Of a stretch of DNA of 64,000 nucleotides, positions 58,231 to 64,000 are shown piece after piece. The stretch is from Lysobacteraceae bacterium (GTDB lineage: Bacteria > Pseudomonadota > Gammaproteobacteria > Xanthomonadales > Xanthomonadaceae). The notes under the pieces are model-generated. The model did not search any database, was not told the origin of the DNA, and saw only the letters and a program-made list of their open reading frames with translations. The DNA lies in contig SSEV01000036.1 in assembly GCA_008015095.1 (NCBI GenBank), positions 1,949-65,948 on the forward strand, written 5' to 3'. The position numbers and the translations under genes were made by a program. How positions within the stretch are numbered: the stretch's first letter is position 1; every line of letters begins with the position of its first letter.

Positions 58231-58947
58231 TCATTGCACTTCGGCCATCGGCTGGTAGTCGCGAATCCGTCGGCGCTCGAAGACCACCCGTCCGCTCACC
58301 GCCGATTGGCCGTCGATCTCGATCAGATCGGTCTGTTCCAGGCCCAGTCGTATCGGGCACACGCCAGGACAGCGATAACGGTAGCGAAGCTCGACACTGA
58401 AGTATTCCCACTGCGTCGCCTCGTCCAATTGAAAGTGTTGGTAGATACGCGCGCGATCGATGCGCGGCGGCGGTGCGCCCGATGCCAGCGCTATGACGAG
58501 GTTCGCGATCCGCGTCTTCGGTCGCATCTCGCGGAACCGGCGTTCGCCATCCGTTTCGTTCGGCGGTGGCGCTGCCCGGGTCAGTGCGGCGATTTCCACC
58601 TCGTCGGGGCATAGAGCGGGGCCGTCGTCACCCGAGACGCAGGGGGCAGGGGCGAACGAGAATTGGCGCACCTGGCGCGCATCCAGCCAGACCGACAGCG
58701 AGACCGTCGTTGGGTCGCCCGGCCTCACCCGGGTCGGGACCATCGGAGCGCCGAACATGCCGATCGAGTAAAGCCGCGTGTCCGAATCGATCCAAACACT
58801 GTAGAGTCGCGCGTCGCGTCGCTGGTGGAAATCGCTCGCACCTTCGATCGGCATGTAGCGATCCTCGATTTCGAAGGTGGCGCACGCAGCGAGCGCGATG
58901 CAGGCCACGGCGACGACCGGGGCGGATAAGCATCGGGAATTCGGCAT
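58231..58947 (-). CDS. Hypothetical lipoprotein
   Basis: AGGAG RBS; hydrophobic stretch with lipobox LAAC. Confidence 0.65.
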   Translation of the reverse strand: MPNSRCLSAPVVAVACIALAACATFEIEDRYMPIEGASDFHQRRDARLYSVWIDSDTRLYSIGMFGAPMVPTRVRPGDPTTVSLSVWLDARQVRQFSFAPAPCVSGDDGPALCPDEVEIAALTRAAPPPNETDGERRFREMRPKTRIANLVIALASGAPPPRIDRARIYQHFQLDEATQWEYFSVELRYRYRCPGVCPIRLGLEQTDLIEIDGQSAVSGRVVFERRRIRDYQPMAEVQ

Positions 58948-59106
58948 GGCGTGCTCCTGTTCCGGCGCGTGGCGCGCACCGCGACGTTCAGCAATACAAC
59001 ATCACCGACCCAGGACGAACCCGATCTTCGACGACGCTTCTGCGACGACGTTTCTGCGACGACGCTGAGGTCGCGCCAGCGGCCGGCGGCCGTGACGTGG
59101 CTGCGT

Positions 59107-60051
59107 TCAGTAGTACAACATCACTAGATGCTTCGCCTCGGCAAAAAACAACCACCGTTCCACCAACGCGCCCAATTGGAACGATATCGCTCCGGCCCAA
59201 AACAGCGGTGAGGCGTCGCCGTGCGGCAACCACCACGCCGGCAACGCGCACAGCGCCGGAATCAGCGCGAACAGCACGACAGCGATCGTGCGCAGCTTGC
59301 GGGCGTGTTTGCGCGCGAGCACGAAACCCATCTCGCGGTTCAGGTAGTTCGCTTCGGTATGCGGCGGCTCGACACTGATCGCATGGCGCGCTGGCAGGCC
59401 GATGGCGTCGGCGGCGGCCGGCATCGGCAGCCCGCGATCCAGTGCGCGCCAGTAGCGTCGTTTCGTCAGCCACAGTGCGATGCAGCCGACGATGACGCCG
59501 GCCGGGATCATATTCGGCGCATCCAGCGTGGAAGCGGCGAACGGACCGAACAGGATGCCGCCGCCGAGCGCCGCGAACTGCAGGTAGACCGGTGGCACCA
59601 ACCGGTGCCGCCAGGCCGGGATTGGTTTGAGCGAGGCATAGATCATCGCGGTGCTGTACACCGCCGCCGCGCAGAGAGGCGCGAGCAAGCACGACAGCAG
59701 GCGCAAAGCCAGGCCATCGTCCGGCAGTTCGATGACGACCGACTGCACCAGGATCATCGCGAATGCGATCGTGAAGCACAGTAACGCGAATACGCCTTCA
59801 CGCGACATCCAAGCACTGCGCCACTGCGAAAATGCGCGCCATACCCGCGCCGGTTTGCCCAGATGCCAAAGCGAGGCGATCACGCCGGCCGCGACCAAAG
59901 CCCCACCCGCGATCAGTCCCAGAGCCCAGCCGAGGCCGTCGAACCATTGCGCGCGATCACCCAGCGCGATGCGCAACGCCAACCAGAACCAGAGACCGAA
60001 ACCAGTGCCGGAGAGCGTGGTGAACACGATGACGGAAAACGCCGGATGCAT
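59107..60051 (-). CDS. soeC: DmsC-like membrane anchor of sulfite dehydrogenase
   Basis: MHPAFSVIVFTTLSG, HLG.P.R.WRAFSQWR.SWMSREG-like motif, ERWLFFAEAKH. Confidence 0.85.
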   Translation of the reverse strand: MHPAFSVIVFTTLSGTGFGLWFWLALRIALGDRAQWFDGLGWALGLIAGGALVAAGVIASLWHLGKPARVWRAFSQWRSAWMSREGVFALLCFTIAFAMILVQSVVIELPDDGLALRLLSCLLAPLCAAAVYSTAMIYASLKPIPAWRHRLVPPVYLQFAALGGGILFGPFAASTLDAPNMIPAGVIVGCIALWLTKRRYWRALDRGLPMPAAADAIGLPARHAISVEPPHTEANYLNREMGFVLARKHARKLRTIAVVLFALIPALCALPAWWLPHGDASPLFWAGAISFQLGALVERWLFFAEAKHLVMLYY

Positions 60052-60124
60052 CAGTCGCTGCCTTCGCCCGCGCAATCGCGGGCGCGATGGAAGAGAAACC
60101 GGAATCCCGCGTTGGCCGATGCCT

Positions 60125-60898
60125 TCATCGCGACAAAACCTTGTCCAGCCAGCGCAGCAGCGGCGGCAGCGCGCCCGCATCGAGCGTTTCGTCCGTCGCG
60201 GGTGCGGCCGCCTCTTCGCCCGCGCGGCGCGGGCGTGGCGGCAGATAGCGGTTCACCGGGGCATAGCCCAGCTCCGGCATCAGCGCGACGCCACCGCGTT
60301 CGGCGACGAGTTTCGATACCTCGGAATCGGGGTCGCCGAGATCGCCGAAGTGCCGGGCGCGCGTCGGGCAGGCCTGCACGCAGGCGGGTTGCCGTTCCGC
60401 TTCCGGTAACCGTTCGTTGTAGATGCGGTCGATGCACAGCGTGCATTTCTTCATCACGCCTTCGACCGCACTGTACTCGCGCGCGCCGTAGGGGCAGGCC
60501 CAGGAACAGAGCTTGCAACCGATGCACTTGTCCTCGTCGACCAGCACGACGCCATCCTCGGCGCGCTTGTAGCTGGCGCCGGTAGGGCAGACGGTGACGC
60601 AGGCCGGTTGTTCGCAGTGAAGACAACTGCGCGGAAAATGCAAGGTCATCGCCGGTTGCGCGGCCGCAGCGCCGCCGGCGCAAGGCGTGGGCTCGGCCGC
60701 GATTTCGTAACTGTGCACACGGTTGAACCAGACACCCGACGGATCCTTGCCGTGGGGATGTTCGTCGGTCAGCGGCCCGGCGATGCCGCCGGCGTTCCAC
60801 TGCTTACAGCTGACCGCGCAGGCATGGCAGCCCACGCAGGTGTCGAGATCGATCACCAAGCCGAGCTTCTTGTTCGAGGCGGGAGGCAGGTCGGTCAT
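60125..60898 (-). CDS. soeB: 4Fe-4S subunit of sulfite dehydrogenase
   Basis: IDLDTCVGCHAC, CLHCEQPACVTVCP, CIGCKLCSWACP, KCTLC..CVQACP. Confidence 0.88.
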   Translation of the reverse strand: MTDLPPASNKKLGLVIDLDTCVGCHACAVSCKQWNAGGIAGPLTDEHPHGKDPSGVWFNRVHSYEIAAEPTPCAGGAAAAQPAMTLHFPRSCLHCEQPACVTVCPTGASYKRAEDGVVLVDEDKCIGCKLCSWACPYGAREYSAVEGVMKKCTLCIDRIYNERLPEAERQPACVQACPTRARHFGDLGDPDSEVSKLVAERGGVALMPELGYAPVNRYLPPRPRRAGEEAAAPATDETLDAGALPPLLRWLDKVLSR

Positions 60899-60909
60899 CG
60901 CAACGACGG

Positions 60910-62673
60910 TCAGAAGGGAAAGTAGCGTGGAATCAGGATAACCGCCATGATCCAGAACAGCAGATTGAGCGGGACGCCGATCTTGGGGAAATCCGCGAAA
61001 CGGTAACCGCCTGCGGCATAGACCATGGTATTCGTCTGGTAGCCGACGGGTGTCGCGAAACTGGTCGAGGCCGCGAACGCCACCGCGACCAAGAAAGGCT
61101 TGGCGTCGACGCCGAGCGATTCGGCCGCGGACATCGCGATCGGCACCACCAGCACGGCCGCTGCATTGTTGCTCATCACCTCGGTCATCACCGCGGTCAG
61201 CAGGTAGATCGTCGCCAGCGTGGCGACCGGACCGTATGCGCCGATCCAGCCCAGTGCTTTGTGCGCCACCCAGTCTGCGCCGCCCGAGTTCTGCAGCGCG
61301 ATTCCCAGCGGCATCACACCGGCCAGCAACACGATCACCCGCCAGTCCACCGCGGCATAGGCTTCCTCCGGCTCCAGGCAGCGCAGGATCACCAACGCCG
61401 CGCAGCCGAGCAGCGAAGCGGCCACGATCGGTATCCAGCCCAGCGCAGCGACGCCGATGGTCGTAGCCATGATCAACAACGAGAGCAGCATGCGCCTGCG
61501 ATCGAACCGCGGTTGTTCGCGCGATCCCAGCAGCACGACGCCGGGGTCGGCGCGAAGATCGTCGAGCGCATTGGAAGGCGCGTCGATCAGCAGAATATCG
61601 CCGACCGCCAGCGGCACATGATCCAGCGGCTGTCGTGGCGTCGTCCCAGCGCGTTGCAGGCCGTGGACGCGAACGCGATAGATGTGGCCGAATCGCAACT
61701 GCGCGAGGGATTTTCCCGCGAGCGGCGAGCCCGGTGCGACCATCACTTCGGCGTGCAGCCGCGTCAGTTCGGGATTGCCGTCGAGATCCGCCGCCACGCG
61801 GTCGTGCCGCAGTTGCAATTGCTTGCGCATGCGCTGCAGCTCGTTCCATTGTCCGCGCATCAGTAGGTGGTCGTTGGCGCCGATGGTCGCGGACCGGGGC
61901 TGCGCCAGCCGCTCGCCGTCGCGGAAAATCTCAAGCAAAAAAACATCGCCGGCATCGCTCGGGACCAGCGCTGCGCCGGTTTGTCCGATCGCGGAGGATT
62001 TTTCCGGGACGTGCAATTCGACCAGGTAGCGGCCACGGTGATCGTCGGCGGCGATGTCGGGGGCGCCGAGATCCGGCAGAAGCAGGCGTTGCGCGACGAG
62101 CAGGTAGAGCGTTCCTGTCGCGGCGAACCATATTCCAAGCGGAGCGAATTCGAACAATCCGAACCCGGAATGCCCTGTTTGTCGCGCCAGGGAGTCGACC
62201 AGCAGATTGGTCGATGTGCCGATCAGGGTGCAGACGCCGCCGAACTGGGCCGCGAAAGACAGCGGAATCAGGAACTTCGATGGTGACAGCCCGCGTGCGA
62301 GCACGGCCGAGATGATCAGGGGCAGAAAGACGGCGACGATGGCGGTGTTGTTGATGAACGCGGAAGCGAAAGCGACCAGGACGCTCATGCAGAGAGTCAG
62401 TAGCCAGGGCCAGCGCAGGCGGGCGAGCAAGTCGCCGAGTCCGCGCAACGTGCCGCTGCGTTGCAGTCCCGCGCTGAGCACGAACATCGCCGCGACCGTG
62501 ATGGTCGCCGGACTGCTGAAGCCGGACAGCGCCTCGCGCATAGACACGACACCGGACATCAGCAGAGCGCCCATGACCAGCAGCGCGACCACATCGACCG
62601 GCAGTTTCTCGCTGACGAACAGAACAACCGCGCCGACCAGGATCAACAGCGTCAGCAGCAGATCGGCGTTCAC
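60910..62673 (-). CDS. SLC13/DASS permease with two TrkA-C domains
   Basis: SAFINNTA, GGVCTLIGTSTN, MSNNAA, TPVGYQTN; start inferred at GTG 62673. Confidence 0.9.
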   Translation of the reverse strand: MNADLLLTLLILVGAVVLFVSEKLPVDVVALLVMGALLMSGVVSMREALSGFSSPATITVAAMFVLSAGLQRSGTLRGLGDLLARLRWPWLLTLCMSVLVAFASAFINNTAIVAVFLPLIISAVLARGLSPSKFLIPLSFAAQFGGVCTLIGTSTNLLVDSLARQTGHSGFGLFEFAPLGIWFAATGTLYLLVAQRLLLPDLGAPDIAADDHRGRYLVELHVPEKSSAIGQTGAALVPSDAGDVFLLEIFRDGERLAQPRSATIGANDHLLMRGQWNELQRMRKQLQLRHDRVAADLDGNPELTRLHAEVMVAPGSPLAGKSLAQLRFGHIYRVRVHGLQRAGTTPRQPLDHVPLAVGDILLIDAPSNALDDLRADPGVVLLGSREQPRFDRRRMLLSLLIMATTIGVAALGWIPIVAASLLGCAALVILRCLEPEEAYAAVDWRVIVLLAGVMPLGIALQNSGGADWVAHKALGWIGAYGPVATLATIYLLTAVMTEVMSNNAAAVLVVPIAMSAAESLGVDAKPFLVAVAFAASTSFATPVGYQTNTMVYAAGGYRFADFPKIGVPLNLLFWIMAVILIPRYFPF

Positions 62674-62728
62674 GACCGCGCCTCCGGGAGAAAAACCATC
62701 CTCCGAAGATGGCTCGAAGTCGCGCACA

Positions 62729-62974
62729 TCATCGCCGACCCAACCGCATCAGCCCATATCCGAAGATCGCGACCAACACGCCCAGAATCGCGTAAGGCAG
62801 CGACGCATCGACCGGAAGCGGCGCCTGACCGGGAGCTGGCGCAAGCGCAGGGTCGAGCACAGGAACGAGCAGGGGCGCGATCGCTACCATCAACGCAATG
62901 GCCGCGCCGGCGAAGAGGCAGATCTGTCCGCAGATGCGCGCGATGTTACGAACCGGCGTACGCGCGGTGATCAT
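62729..62974 (-). CDS. Small two-TM membrane protein (81 aa)
   Basis: ATG overlaps the soeA stop (ATGA); two hydrophobic helices around a Pro-rich loop. Confidence 0.55.
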   Translation of the reverse strand: MITARTPVRNIARICGQICLFAGAAIALMVAIAPLLVPVLDPALAPAPGQAPLPVDASLPYAILGVLVAIFGYGLMRLGRR

Positions 62975-64000
62975 CGCGAGCGTTCCCGCAACGCCGCGCC
63001 GTAGCGCAGCGGCGCAGCATCGTCGGCGTCGAACGGCAACGGCATGAACTGCGGCGCGCTCATCCCCGCGCTGTCGGCCTTGCGGATCGCCACGCGCAGG
63101 TCGAACCATGCGGCCTGACCGGTGACCGGATCGGCGTTGGCGTAATCGCCGCGCGGGGTGATGTCGGAAATCAGATGATTCAGCAGAAAGCCCTTCTCGC
63201 CTTCCGGCGCGTCTTTCGACAGCCTCCACGCGCCGCGGCGCTTGCCGATCGCGTTCCAGGTCCACACCGTGTCCGGCTGCACGTTGGCCGCGAACTTCGC
63301 CTGCACCGTGATCGTGCCGTGGTGCGAGGACACTTCAATCCAGTTTCCGTCGGCGATGCCGTAGCGCGCTCCGGTGTCTGGATGGAGATAGAGATAATTG
63401 CGCGTGGCGATCTGGCGCAGCCAGGCGCTCCGCGATCCCCATGCGTGATACATGAACATCCGGCGCTGGGTGATGGCCGACAGCGGAAACGCCGCGCCAT
63501 CGACTTCCGCCATCTCGAACGGCTCGTACCACAGCGGAAGCGGATCGAAATACGTTTCCACGCGCGTGCGATGTTCCGCCGGCGGGCGCTGCGCGCCGTG
63601 GCCGCGCGCGGCGAGCCGGAATTTCTGCAGGGTTTCGGAATACAGTTGCAGCACGATCGGTTCCGGCGTGGCGACGAAGCCCAGACCGTGCGCCCAGCGC
63701 AGGTATTCGCGGTTCGCCATCTTGTAGTAACGCGCGGATTCGGGCACCGGCGTATGCCAGAACCCGCCGTGTTCGATATAGCGCTGCAACTGCTCGGGGT
63801 TGGGGGGGCCCTTGCCGACGTCGTTTCCGCGCTCGCCGCGCCATCCGGCGAGCAAGCCGACGCCCGGCGCGCGTTCGTGATGGATCATGTAGTCGGCGTA
63901 ATCGCGATAACGCGGCTTGCCGGTGTCGTCCACCATCCCCGGCAGGCCGAGTCGCGCGCCGAGATCGAGCAACACCGACTGGAAACCGCGGACATCACGC
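62971..64000 (-). CDS. soeA: Molybdopterin oxidoreductase catalytic subunit (SoeA-like), C-terminal part
   Basis: MYHAWGS..WLRQI, VWTWNAIGKR, DPVTGQAAWFDLRV; runs off the window end. Confidence 0.85.
   Translation of the reverse strand, partial: RDVRGFQSVLLDLGARLGLPGMVDDTGKPRYRDYADYMIHHERAPGVGLLAGWRGERGNDVGKGPPNPEQLQRYIEHGGFWHTPVPESARYYKMANREYLRWAHGLGFVATPEPIVLQLYSETLQKFRLAARGHGAQRPPAEHRTRVETYFDPLPLWYEPFEMAEVDGAAFPLSAITQRRMFMYHAWGSRSAWLRQIATRNYLYLHPDTGARYGIADGNWIEVSSHHGTITVQAKFAANVQPDTVWTWNAIGKRRGAWRLSKDAPEGEKGFLLNHLISDITPRGDYANADPVTGQAAWFDLRVAIRKADSAGMSAPQFMPLPFDADDAAPLRYGAALRERSR

Overview
High-GC gammaproteobacterial DNA, most likely Xanthomonadales/Lysobacter-like, judged from the esterase-algR-(recQ)-hemC neighbourhood and the RaxA/RaxB-like exporters. 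The left ~35 kb is a secondary-metabolism region with two peptidase-containing ABC transporter (PCAT)/HlyD export systems. (1) Bases 1-8.4 kb are the tail of a probable glycosylated-peptide (RiPP) cluster: three glycosyltransferases, an FkbM methyltransferase, an M1 aminopeptidase, HlyD and PCAT. (2) Bases 11.5-35.1 kb form a cluster I cannot match to a known pathway, bracketed by two paralogous NDP-kinase-fold genes. It contains a 47-aa double-glycine-type precursor absent from the ORF track (33673-33816, minus strand; predicted core AVLGVVAHL) with its own promoter, RBS and stem-loop. That gene heads a run encoding a putative RRE-fused heme-oxygenase-like diiron oxidase, HlyD, PCAT and a nucleotidyltransferase. 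Converging on it are a second 70-aa precursor candidate, a PP-loop ATPase, a CreE-like flavoprotein, an LLM monooxygenase, a GatC/GatA-like amidase pair, an aminotransferase, an extra enolase and an M28 peptidase. The right half holds the 'thermostable hemolysin'/acyl-AMP ligase/HDO/SDR operon with its two-component system, a PGM1-like ATP-grasp ligase, FNR-box genes, an alpha-amylase, two L,D-transpeptidases, algR, recQ, hemC and a soeABC-like operon interrupted by an SLC13 transporter. I saw no rRNA, tRNA, CRISPR array, integrase or transposase. All calls are by eye from motifs; no database searches were run.
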